A DNA stretch of 64,000 bases from Sphagnum compactum. Its lineage: Eukaryota. The notes under the pieces were generated by a model. The model was not told the origin of the DNA. It did not search any database and saw only the letters and a list, made by a program, of their open reading frames with translations. Both the position numbers and the translations under genes were made by a program. How positions within the stretch are numbered: position 1 is the first letter of the stretch; the number at the start of each line of letters is the position of its first letter. The stretch spans positions 15,614,213 to 15,678,212 of the forward strand of contig OZ234493.1 of assembly GCA_965153455.1 (NCBI GenBank), given 5' to 3'. Below, in pieces: positions 40,422-52,715 of this stretch.

Positions 40422-41026
40422 CCTCTCCTCCTCCTCTTTCTCTCCTCTTCCTCCTCCCACAAGAAACTCCAAAAAACAGAGCCAAAAAACACTACCTCAT
40501 CCTAAACTCCAGAACTGAAATCCTAAGATGCATGCATGCCAAGAGGAACGCGATTGCAACAACAATCTGGCGATGGAGTCAAGAGCAAAAAAGTTATTAC
40601 CGCGAACAAGAATCAAAAGCATCAGTAGAAGAGGATAATCCAACAGACAGCAACCGCAATCCGAAACCCCCTGTCTTCGCTTGTGTACCTCTGTTTGTTT
40701 GTGGTTGTGCACGGGTACGAGTGACGTTATTTGCGGGCGAACAGGAGAAAAAGCAATCTGAAGAAGGAGAAGAAGAAGAGGCAAGAACAGAACAGGGCCC
40801 ACCGTTTGCGCATCTGCCGCCAGAGGAGAGCCGAGCATCACCCGAATCTCTCTATTGCTTGGCAAGCGATTCTCCTACTCCTTGAACTCCAAACGTTTGC
40901 ATGCAACGAGCGGTGAGAGATTAATCTCTCGAAAGAAGCAATTCGGATCTGCAAAAAAGAGAGCAAGACCGTGTGAGTAACTGTGGACGGATTTGGTTGC
41001 CTTACAGCCTGGTAGTACCTTTGATT

Positions 41027-41056
41027 GCTTCTTCTTCTTCTTCTTCTTCTTCTTCT
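41027..41056. repeat. (CTT)n microsatellite
   Basis: About 10 CTT units are visible directly. Confidence 0.9.
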
Positions 41057-41376
41057 CGTGGCAAGAGACATCTGCAGACTGAATGCTGCGGGGCGGAGAT
41101 TCGTTCGGGTCTCTTGAGGGAGACAAGAAAAAACATGAGTTCTTGAGAGAGAGAAATTGTATACAGTATCATTGTACTTTATTGTTTTGAAGTGGAAGTC
41201 CGCAGATGGAGGAAGGATTACAACACGTAACTTGTGCAAGAAGAATCAGATCGCGCAAAAGCAAACAGCACTGAAGAAACTACACAAAAAACTCTCTAAA
41301 TTATGCATACGTACTCTTCATCTCTCTCTCTCTCTCTCATGAACAAGTCTATGCAGATCTGCAATGTGCATCTTCT

Positions 41377-44300
41377 TCACTTGATGGCAATAACGACAGT
41401 CTGTTTTTCTTTCCACAACTTACTTGGACCTCGGTTTTTTCTGATGATCATTTTGTCCATCGAATCGAGCAACTTTCCTGTAAATTTGTGCGAAGGAGGC
41501 TTTTGTTTATGCCTTCGAAAAGGCAGAAAAGGTGCGCGCAAAGCTTCCGCAATTGCATGACCATTGACATCATCTTTCACAGCTAATTTATTTTGCCATT
41601 CTGTCTGTGGCAAACACAATAACAATGCTCATCGATGCACTCAAATACACAAACACGTTTTCCCCGCACTATGCTAATTAATTTCGTGCTCTGGACTCAA
41701 TCCTGCAAATGAAGATCATAAAGATCTGTATTCTCATGCTGATGAAGATGATGATGATAATGCGTGTTGATCAACTCCGAGTTCCTCTCTCCGTTTGCTC
41801 TGAATTGCACAGATGAGAATGCCAAGCTTGTGAGAGATGGACATATTGCGAAGAGATATTCAAGCTTATCTACGTTAACTCCGCCCTCGATACACGGGGC
41901 AAAAGGCACTGACAGCAATGCCTTCTGCCCTGGACCTCGGGCTCTTCAGAGCTCCGCCCTCGATTCACAGGGCGAAAGGCACTGACACCAGCAGTGCCTT
42001 CTGCCCTGGACCTCGGGCTCCTTGGACGTCCGTCCTTGATTCACAGGGCGAAAGGCACTGACACCAGCAGTGCCTTCCCCTTCATAACATCCAAGGACAT
42101 TGATTGCTGACATTACCTTATGTGAATCTGTTTGCTCTCTTATGTCAAGGAAGTTCAAGTCTTTCAGCTTTCTTGAGTGAAAGTGCTGCAGAATAATATT
42201 GCACTTGTGAGAAATTTCAGAAAAAAGAGTTTGTCCAAACAGAAAGATGCATGCATGATGCGAAAGCTAGAAAATGTCATCCCAATCGGTTTTGTTGCCA
42301 GCGGTGTTAGCTGCAAGATCATGAGGATCGCCTGAGTCCACAATAACACAGAGCTGCCTGTAGTCACTCACTTTGGGAGGGACCATCTGCAAGAATAAAC
42401 AAATGGCACATGTTTTCCCATGTCAATTTCTTTCTTGTGGATTATACAGAGTGTGTGATCTGTTTCTGGAGAGGAACAACTGATGCGTTCATCAGGAACT
42501 CTGGATCATCTCACACAAGAGCTGAAGATGAAGAAGAGATTTATCCAAAGAGATGTTGCTACTTCTTGTTTGATTATACGAAGATGGTGCAAACAAGTCT
42601 AGTAATTGCAAGAGATTTAGTGCAGTATATATCTCTTACAGGTGCCTCCTCCTTTTCACGAATGAGAAGTTGGAAGTTGATGACTTTGTTGAAGAATGGG
42701 TGTTCTTTGATCTCAGCTGTACCAGACTTGCGGCATCCGAGGCGTGTCTCAGGGTTAGGATCCAGAAGTTGCTTCACAATGTCAATTGCATTGGCACTCA
42801 TGTAAGGTGGAAACCTGACATTGCCTTGAGTGATGGTACGAAACACAACCTACACCCAAAACATACAAACACCATCATGAATCCCTCTTGCATGCATTTT
42901 CAGGCTAAAGGACTTTTCGACCATACACAAGATGTAGTTGTTGCTTTCTTCTGATCTAGAGCCCTGATCTAGATCCTCAATTGTGTCATTTCTTGAACAA
43001 AGTTCTTCAAAGTTTTTCTTTACTAGGTAAGTACCTGAGGTGGATCATCACCCTTGTTGAAAGGGCTTGTATTGGTAATCATCTCAAAGATGAGGCAACC
43101 GAGCGCCCAGTAATCAACACCTTTGCCATGTCCTTGACGCTTGATGATTTCAGGAGCCATGTAATCAGGCGTGCCACACATGGAGAAGGTGCGGCGGTTA
43201 TGGATGCGCTTGGCAAACCCCATGTCAATCAGCTTTGGATATCCACTTTCACTGATCATTGTGTTCTCAGGCTTGAGATCACGATACACTATTCCTTTGC
43301 TATGCATGTATTCTAGTCTGCAACAACCCACAGCACCCACTAAGCTTTTCTTTGTCAACAGCTGCTGCTGCGTAGCTTTACATTAGAAAGAACTGTTGCA
43401 TGTCTTGCAGGGAGTATGTACAACGAAGGTGGTGTATAGGAATGGACAATCACAGAGCAGTAAAGCTTAAACAGATCTCAGGTGCTTTGTAGCTAGAGAG
43501 AATCAACAGATCCAAAAGGGGGGACATACGCAAGAAGAACACTGCCTGCGTAGAATGCTGCCTCCCATTCTTGCAAGCGCCCCATTTTCTCCATGAACAA
43601 AAACAACTCCCCGCCTGTGGTCAGCTCCACCAGCAAATATACCTGAAACAATGAACAGCCCCCAAACAATCTTTTTCTTAATCAAGAAAGAGAGGAGACA
43701 TCCTTGCATTTTCCCTGCTCTCAAGATTTGAGTAATTGTGATTAGTCATCAGGATTGCAGAACAATCCAGGCGTTGGGGTTTCTCTGTCAGGTTGTTGTT
43801 GCTCTTTCATGAACTGTTCCATGGCTGTCATGTGTGATGTTCATGATATCCAGAGGCTGGTTAGGGTAAGCAACTGCTATCTTACATTTCTTGCATCCTT
43901 GAAAGTGCGGATGAGCTTGGTGATGAAGGGGTGATCCAGGTCTGACATGTGAATCTTCTCATTTCTCAAATGCTCCTCTTCTTGCATTTTTACTACCTGT
44001 TCAACAAAAGCAACATCCATCAGTCCAATCTCTCATTCAACAGATCTAGACATTGCCAGAAATCAGCCATGCTATGTACATATTCTGGGAAAGTGCACAA
44101 GGAAGCTAACATCCAATGGGAGGACAAACAAGCACAGAAGAAAAATGTGTGAAGAGGGAGGACCTTGGCTTTGCTGACACATTTCAGAGCATAGTGCTCT
44201 TTTGTGTGATGACTGTACACGAGTTTCACTTTCCCAAACAAACCTGCAGCAAGAGATCCAGCAGTAAAATATCACATTATAAGTGAGTGTATGGGGGTGC

Positions 44301-47300
44301 CTGCCAGCTAGGGGTGAAAGAAGATGGAGTTTTTTTGCATATCAACTGAAAATTACATCCAATTTTGGTGGCATGACCCCCCATAAGAATGAACAACAAA
44401 TTGAAAGCAGGGTTTCTAGGGTGATGCAGGAGAAACAATAACCAGCTCCAAGAACTCCAATTTCCTCAAGTTCCTCAAAAGTGATATTCTTCACAATCCC
44501 ACGCTTCTCATCCTCACGCCGCCGTGTCTCATTCAACTCCTTCAGAAGTCCAAGATTTGCCTCCAGCACTTCCCTATCCAGATAGTACAATTCAGCACCT
44601 GGCAGCAGGCCGAGCAGTCCAATTTCAATTGTCAGTCATTGTCAATCTTATGAAGACTACCTTTAGTTCTTGAAAGACTCCCAAGATTCTTGTGTTTCTT
44701 CAAACCACAAAACCCTGAACTTGCTGTAATAAGAATTCTGTACAATATTGTGAAACTGGACCATGAAGTTTGCAATCTGTTCTAACAAGAAACACATGAT
44801 GCGGAGATCCAACAGATTTCTTGGTTGCACCGAAAATGGAGGAAGGGAGAGAGGCCCACGTTGTCCTGCAACCATGGTGGATAGACATGGCTCATTGCTC
44901 ATGAGAGCATCTTCTCCAAAGTAAGATCCTTTGACAAGCACAATCTGGTCGGCCTTTTTGTCATGTGGAGTCATGATGACTGTCCCTCGATGCACAACAT
45001 AGAGACGATCGGTGAGTTCTCCAGCCTTATAGATTGTCTCCCCAGCTTTCATTCTGTGGACACCCATTGAATGTGACAGCATGCTGATCTCTGGGCTCGT
45101 GAGATACTCTAAACACACAAGCTTTCTGCAAAGTTACACACAATCCAAATAGATATTCTTCAGGGGATTTATTAGCCTGGAGACTGTACACCATTTTTCC
45201 TCACAATCTCTCAACCTCTTGCGGGTGTGCCAGGATCATCCAGAGCCCATGTGCAAACCACAAGCCACAACATTATTATATGACTGATCAAATTGAGAGT
45301 GAAATACATTGGGGCAGAGCTAATAGCACCACCTGAGGACCTTGAGGTTCACTACACGTGAGAGGAGCTCTTGAATGGGCCCCAAGATCAATGTCACTTC
45401 TGCCAATGACACTGACAACACTACAACTCCTGCTTTGGATTCAGCCACTGTTGTTGCTTGACATGGAGTCCCATGGCTATTCTCGTCCTTCACAGTGCCA
45501 AGCAAACATTCATCACCAAACACACCATATGTGGTCACAGTGAAAGGACCAGTGCTGCAAACAGTAAGTTAAACATTACTGTTAGACAGCAACTGATGCC
45601 TTAAAGCTGGGCAAAAAGATTCTGTTTGGCTGAAAAGCTAGCTTGGGATGAAAGAGGAAAGACAATGAAGAAGAAGGACCCAACCCTTCCCTGCCTTCCT
45701 TGGCAAGCAAACTGCTTTGTTTGATCCATTACTAGTCTTCCTCAGAATTCCTCAGTGTTGGAGATGCAGTTGGAAAACCTTGACATGAGAATCTAAAGCT
45801 ACAGAGAACTCACATTGAAGTTTGGCTGATGTTTGACCTTGTCTTATCTGTTGGCTGTTGCTGCACAGCCTTGCCAGATGCACTAGCTCTTGTTTGAGAT
45901 TCTGATGTTCGAGTCAGTGTCGACTTGGTGGATGCTGCTGAAGGAGCTGGCACTGAGGCAGGAGCAGCCACTGCTGACTTAACCTCACGTGTAGGTTTCA
46001 TATCCTCCTGTGTACTGCTGCCACTGCCTAGCTTATTTGATTTCAAATGTGATTGTTGTCTGCCACCACCGCTGCCTTTTTCGCTTCCAGATGTGATGAT
46101 GCTACTACCTGAGCTGCCCTTGAGAATTGAATTGTGTTTGTTTCCTGCACTACTACTTGAAGAAGTAGTAGAACCTCCATCCCTCTCCCTACTACTTGTC
46201 TCACTCTTGTCCAGCTTCTCGTCACTTGAAGGTAGCTTGTACAAGCTCACAGTACCTCTTTGGACCACAAAGATACGGGCAGCTGATCCATTCATGTCAC
46301 CAATCCTGGTGATTTCTTTCCCTGTGAATTAAGGACAGATGGGCACTTTAGAAGAAGGGCCATGTTTGTGTGTGCAAATCAAGAGTCTGGAATGAGAGTG
46401 GAAAATGGAGCTGGAAAATTGGAAGTCAGTGTTGAGTCATGACATACCTTTTGCATAGACAGTCTGGGAGAAAGTTTCTGCCAGCTGAGAGAGTTGAGTA
46501 GGACTGAGCTCTAGAAATGCATGTATGCGTTGTAGAGCACAAGTGATGAGCTGATTTTGCAATCCTTTTCGAATCGCTGTGAGCATATCCTTGGTGAAGA
46601 GCTCTCGATTGACAGTAATGATGGTAGTCTGCAATGAAATTACATAGAAAAAAAGACACCCACCACTCTTCAGAAGAAAATAATGATATCAATAGTTTTG
46701 ATGGTTGGTTCTAAAGATCCTCAGGAACTACATACATACCTACCAACCTACCTACAAGCCACCACCTGGACAAAGCAATGTCCCAACCTACCTCATCTGA
46801 TGCTGCATTGTAATTGTAAGGGATTGTTGACTCTTCATTCAAGAGCAATGCTTCACTGAGAACTTCCAAGCGGCTCAACATGGTCAGTGTCTCGCCACCA
46901 CCTTCAGCCCCTCCTCTCCATACCACAATTTGGTTGCCCACTGTTTTGCCCCAACTCACCCGTACCTGCCCCTCTTGCACTATACAAACCTAACATGCCA
47001 AATCCAGCCACAGCATAAATGAGAACTATATAAACCCCTGCCACAACAGCATCCATTCTGTCACCTAATCTCTTCTGTGGACTGTATGTTGTTCTTGGTC
47101 TAAAGAGTGGCTTGGGAAAAAGTTGCAAAAGAGATGATCAAGAAGAGATTGATTCAGAAAGAGATAAATCTGGAAATTCAGAAGCAGCAAGAAATGGGTC
47201 CACTTATATGAGGACATGCCTCCCAACAGGGTTCATTGAGAGAGTTTCTGATCAAAGCTAGAGCATTATATTATTCCAGAGGTTTGTGCATTGAAATATA

Positions 47301-50039
47301 ATCAGACTTGCACAAGAGTCTCTCACATGCTCTTTTCCATCATGATCATCTTTAGTTTCTTTGACGTATATACCCTGTCAAGGCTTGACCCAGCTGTCAA
47401 AATTGGATCCCCACGTCGGTAGCTCATGATGCTACAATTGTTGCCCAACATCACAATCTCCTTGGTTGATAACTTCTTCAAAGCAGGTGCTTCCCTCAAC
47501 ACCTGTGTGGCAACAAAACATGATGATTATGATGATGATGAGGGCTTCATGAGGATGAGAGGCTAATAATTCCCAAAAGCTTCAACCTCAATTTTACAGT
47601 CAGTACTCGATCCCTTGTCTCTGTTTTTCTCTCTCTCATCTCTTGGGCATATCTCTCGCACATGCTTGCTTGCATCAAGGAGAGAAGGAGTTGAAGAAAA
47701 AAAGAAAGGTAATCTTGAAGCAGCGGGTATCATCATCATGCCAGCTACAATTGAGACCTGAGCAACTATGAATGTGTGTAGTGTTTTTCAGCTGTACAGA
47801 AAAGTAACCTGGGCATTTGAAGATTCAGAGAGATGTCGACCTAAGATAGATTTGAAGGTGATGCGATTGACAGTCCACAAGAGGGCATGTGAAATGGCCT
47901 TCACTGTGGCATTACGTGTGGTGTCATACATCATTGCTAAATCCCCAAAGCTCTCTCCAGCTCCTCTGGTTCTTAACAACAAAAAGGGCTCATTTCCCTA
48001 CAAATGTTTGACATACACAACTGATCAAGCCCTTTCAAAGAAGCAGCCCCCAAAGCTTGCTTGCATGAGAGAGACAGACTCCAGAAGTGCAAGAACAAAA
48101 CCTTTGAGATCATTGGAAATTGAAAACTGCAAGACCAATTACTGTTTTGCAAGAAAGCAGTCGAATCAGCAGTGGAAATGGAGCTGCAACCTTACCTTCT
48201 TCACCAAAATTTCAAATTCACCCACATCCTGCAAGGCAAAAAACATGGTCAGAATTTCAACAATGATTGATGCCAGAGAAAGATGTCAAACAGATTTGAA
48301 CATGTATAACTAAGATCAGCAACTAGACCGTGTGTAACATGGGCAATTGCCAGATTCTTCTTACAATGATGTAGAAGTAGTCAGCAACATCACCCTGCTT
48401 GATTACTTCAGTACCGGGGGAGACTCGAACATCCTGGAAGGCGTCAATGATCTCCTCTCTCAACTCCTTCTCTAGATCTCCAAATATGAAGTGGTTGCTG
48501 CAGAATTTAAGATTCAAGAGTGCTCAATTGACGAGAGAGTTTTGGAAATGTCAATTTGATGAGCAAACACAATTTAGCTTTTGATGGATTGGTTTCTTCT
48601 TACACTAACCGAGAAGTTTAGAGAGACTAATTATATCAAAAGACAAATCTCATGGATTATCATCATCATCACCATCATTATCATCATCAGTGGCAGCGGC
48701 AGAAACAGAGGTATGCAATTGTATGTACCTGAGTATTGTCCGTAGCCGCTCCTTTGTAGTTTCAGACTTTGGCACTACTTGGATTGGCGGCAGACTTTCA
48801 CTCATTGATAGATCTCTCCCACTGTTCACCCCCTGTTTCTTGTTAATCCTTAGTACTATTGCTTAATTTTGTGGTTCAAGCTAAAATCAATTGTCCAAAT
48901 CAGGTAGCTGGTGTCCAATCAGCAAAAACCCTACCATATCCTCTGACGCCGATTTTTAATCACACCACCCACAGCTTCACTCCATGTATCTGACCAATCG
49001 TGTGATGCTGAGTTCAGCCCACTGTCAGGACCACACATTCCCCACTACAGTTTTCAGCAACTGATGATCTTCCTCATACATACTTATCCAAGAAAGAAAG
49101 AGAAACCCTACAAGGATCAAACTGCAATTAGACAATGATGAAGACCTTAACAATTGTGATGGTGGTGATGATGATGACCTGCGGATATCACTCATGGATG
49201 TGGTTGCCTGGTCAGAGATACTAGACCCATAAGCATTGGGATTCACATGATCCAGCTGCTCAAGGTTGATCACTCCTTGCGAATTCTCCTTCACATTCTT
49301 TGTCACCTGCAGGGAGGGACCCAGAGTACTTACTCTTGTGAGCTCTTCTTTCTGGCTTAACTCTGTTTTTTTTTCTGTAGAAATATAATATACTCTTGCA
49401 AGAGGTTTGCGGTGCTTGTTTATTAAGGAAGGAACCTTTTCAACATTTGAGAGATCTGTTTTCTGGATGCATTCAGCATATCTGTTCAGTGACATCTTGA
49501 CTATGGAGATTTGCTGGGAATTGAAGTTTGCCAAAAGCTCCTCCAGCTCCTTGATCATGACTGTAATCCCATCTGGCGTCATGTCCCTGTCAAACTTCTG
49601 CAATTGCAACCACCAGTTCAGTTACAAATTTTTGTATCAGGATGTTTTTCACATGCATATAAAACAAACAGATGTTCAAACAAGACTGAAAGAGAAGAGA
49701 ATGGAAAGGAGATTTTTTGGAATCTGGAACTTGTTGTTGTCAAACATGTTTGTGAAGAAAAAGGGCTTTTCAAGAGCCCATGTGGGTCATCAAATCAAGA
49801 ACATGTGTATAATGAGCAGGAATATTCCAACAGACCATCATCACGGTTTTCAGCACTTGAATCTTGGCAGCAGCAATGGTGGTCCATGCTTGTTCCATGT
49901 ACTTGATAAGATCTGCTTTGGCTGCAATAATAGTAAGACACAATTGAGATCAGCATGATCAGCTTGCATTGAAGTCTCTCATTTGCTTTGAGCTTTTCAC
50001 TGCAAAAGTTCTCGGAACTGAATTCACCAGCTGGCTCAT
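41377..50039 (-). CDS. cGMP-dependent protein kinase (PKG)-like AGC kinase with four cyclic-nucleotide-binding domains; ~20+ exons, both ends approximate
   Basis: Linker KNRRQRIWG...VPKSETTKERLRTILSNHFIF. CNB-A: VIKQGDVADYFYII...GESFGDLAMMYDTTRNATV. CNB-B, CNB-C and CNB-D (e.g. KAGETIYKAGELTDRLYVVHRGTV...GSYFGEDAL). Kinase: LGAGLFGKV, YALKCVSK, LDHPFITKL, GGELF, YRDLKPEN, DMGFAK, CGTPDYMAPE, DYWALG, RLG...IKEHPFF. Confidence 0.9.
41880..42077. repeat. GC-rich 73-76-bp tandem repeat (~2.6 copies) built from stacked hairpins, near the 3' end of the kinase gene
   Basis: Units start at 41880, 41953 and 42029. Stems cgccct/agggcg, aaggcactg/cagtgcctt and gccc/gggc. Confidence 0.9.
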
Positions 50040-50592
50040 CTTCTTCTACTAATCATCCAACAAGGTGCAGCTTGGGTTTTCTTGTATGTAGTTTGAAGCT
50101 CATTGCAAATCAGTAAGCATGAATAGGTTGTGCTTGAAGTGCATTGGTATCAATATCCGAAAGCTCACAGCTGGCTTGGTTTTTTTTGGTTTGTGGAGAA
50201 GTTCCAGATGCTGCTACTGATCAGAGAAAGAACTTGAGAGAAAAAAATGGCATTGATCACTGCAGATGCCTTGAAATTGAAGATCAGATCAGAGAAACTT
50301 GGAGGGGGGGCGGGGCATAAGAGATGGATGGAGTGTACCTTTGTCATGGGTGGTGGTGGAATTGGCAGGAGCAACAACACATGGAAGTGGTTGACCCATT
50401 GATACCTCGCTCATTATTGCTCTGTCTCAAGCTCCACTAGGTATTATTCTATCTCAAACTTTTTCTTCTTCTTCCTCCTGCACTGACAGACAGACGGACA
50501 GACAGACAGACAGACAATAATGCCATTCATTAGTGCAGCTGCATCTTTGCAGAGAACACAATTGCTTGCTGCAATTGCATAAAGAATTGCAA

Positions 50593-50908
50593 TGTGTGTG
50601 TGTGTGTGTGTGTGTGTGTGACAAGATCCTGCATGTACAACACTCTTGATGAAGAATCAACATGCCATCTTGACATGTACAACACTCTTGGTGAAGAATC
50701 AACATGCCATGTTGACATCATTGAAAAGAAAAAATGGGAAGTCAGTCTGAGGAAAATGCTTGAAGAATGGAATGCCAGGAGAAACTCACCAATGCTTTTT
50801 GCTTGAAGAATGGAATGCCAGGAGAAACCCACCAATGCTTTTGCTTGAAGAATGGAGTGCTGGGAGGAAATGACTAATGCTTCTGCATGAAGAATGGAAT
50901 GCTGGGAG
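50593..50908. repeat. (TG)n, then a 42-bp duplication, then a 42-43-bp array of 4 copies
   Basis: TG run 50593-50620. catgtacaacactcttg at 50632 and 50674. gaagaatgg at 50762, 50805, 50847 and 50889. Confidence 0.9.
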
Positions 50909-51281
50909 ATTGGAACTGACATGAATCATGAAATTGTTGTTGGGCATTCATGCAAGGGAGTGGAGATCTTAGGATGCAGAAAGGAGAAAGCTTGTGTGCA
51001 CAAGGAAATCGCCACATTATTTCGAAAAATGGCGAAAGAAATCCCTAAGAATCACAAAATTTTCATGGGTTTTTTTCATTTTCTGAAATTTTTTTTTTAC
51101 AAAGTTGCCAAATTTCGCCCCCAGAAACAAAAAAAGAAAGAAAACACATACATGTTGCAACATGTCGCCACATTATGAGGACAAAAAATTCTGAAGTCGC
51201 CATATTTAAACAATAGGTTCCAACATGTCGCCAAAATATGGATAAATCTTAAATTTGTTGAGCAGTTATAGTCTTTCTTTG

Positions 51282-51285
<4 letters not shown>

Positions 51286-51334
<49 letters not shown>
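51286..51334. repeat. Compound (CT)n(CA)n microsatellite
   Basis: Visible directly. Confidence 0.9.
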
Positions 51335-52441
51335 TCTTTCTTCTTTCCTTAGGGTTTGGGACAATTCCAAAGCTCAAGCTTGAAGAACCTGTCTGTCTGG
51401 TGCAATCTCATGCAGCAACCAACCCAGAGAAGATTTTGTACAACAAATGTTTCCATGGATCATTGCTTGAGAGAGAAACAAAGTGGTCGTATGGATGGTT
51501 GAAGTATCCAAGGCTTTTCAGGTATGAGAACCCCCTGCAACAACAGAAACAAAGAAATGGGGGTGCAAAGGTGGAAGAACCCTGCAACAACATCCTTTTG
51601 AAAATCTGCAACATCAGCGACATCTGTAGCTTGATCAATTGGATTTTGGAGGAATCTGGAAGGACAAACACGGGCAGTATCATTCCAAAAATCTGCAACA
51701 TGAGTCAGCATCTGTGCGTGATCACATTGAATTGCTTGATTGAGAAACAAAGTGACATTGGGTGCGGTTTGAAGCATTGGCTTTCAGGTATGAGATCAGC
51801 TACAACAACAGCAAGAAAGAAAACTGGGTCCTAATTGGGTCCCTGCAGTATATATCATCCCCAAAATCTGCAACATCAGCAGCAATTGTGCTTTATCACA
51901 GGAATATATTGCTGTGCAGAGATCTTGCGAGAGGAGGAGTTTCATCGATCATGGAGTTATGTAATCACAGAGCGTGTGCATAAAGCCGAGGTTCAGCGAT
52001 TGCATCACATGATGGCATCACATATCCACCCAATTGATGTAAGTTGATATGTACCTTGATTTGTGAAAGGTGTTGGTGACATGCAGAATGATGGAGAGGG
52101 AGATGCGAGCTTTTTCATCACACCAAATACCAAGCTACAATATTGCAGAATTTGTGATACTTGGGCTCATTCAAAATTGGGGTTCCATCCTTAGAAATAA
52201 GGATTCCACGACTTTTTGTGTAACCTTACGTCCTTGAACCTTACTTACTTACTTACTTACTTACAATTTAGCGTCATTAAGTGGGCCAAACAGCGCCCGG
52301 GCCAGAACCCATTTGACGTTAAGTCTGATGAAGCAATTCAGATCTAACCTTCTGACATTGCACTAAGAATCTAGCAAGGATGCCTTGCTGCTGACAGCTC
52401 ATCAATTCAGCCAAAGGTGTGATCGCAGTTAGTGGCAATGA

Positions 52442-52680
52442 ACCTCTAACCATCTCTCGACTAACCTAGTCTCCTTCGTCCCTTAGGACCAACAAGGGGG
52501 TGGTACAGGAATATTCACCTGTTGTCCATCGATTACGCCTTTCAGCCTGATCTTAGGCACCGACTCACCCTTTGTGGATGAACCTTGCGAAGGAACCCTT
52601 AGGTTTTCGGGGCAGTGGATTTTCACCAATGTTTGCGTTACTCAAGTCGATATTCTCGCTTTTGCTTCATCCACACTTGC
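52442..52680 (-). pseudogene. rrn23: Nuclear insertion of a plastid 23S rRNA gene fragment (NUPT)
   Basis: Plus strand ggtacaggaatattcacctgttgtccatcga.tacgccttt...gaacccttaggttttcggggca.tggatt.tcaccaatgtttgcgttactcaag is the reverse complement of plastid 23S rRNA. It is only ~240 bp and carries C>T/G>A changes relative to the recalled consensus. Confidence 0.85.
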
Positions 52681-52715
52681 ACCAACGGAAGGATCTGTAT
52701 GTAGACCGTTCAACC

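Noticed and set aside
39874-40885. Long plus-strand ORFs (214 aa, 181 aa)
   Set aside because: They are antisense to the GC-rich first exon and 5' region of the CAAX protease and are low complexity.
51400-52050. ORFs of 97-144 aa on both strands upstream of the kinase
   Set aside because: No recognisable domain or consistent splice model; the region contains a repeated aaaatctgcaacat motif and is probably non-coding.
52442-52680. Functional rRNA gene
   Set aside because: It is a short mutated fragment with no rRNA operon context, so it is called as a NUPT.
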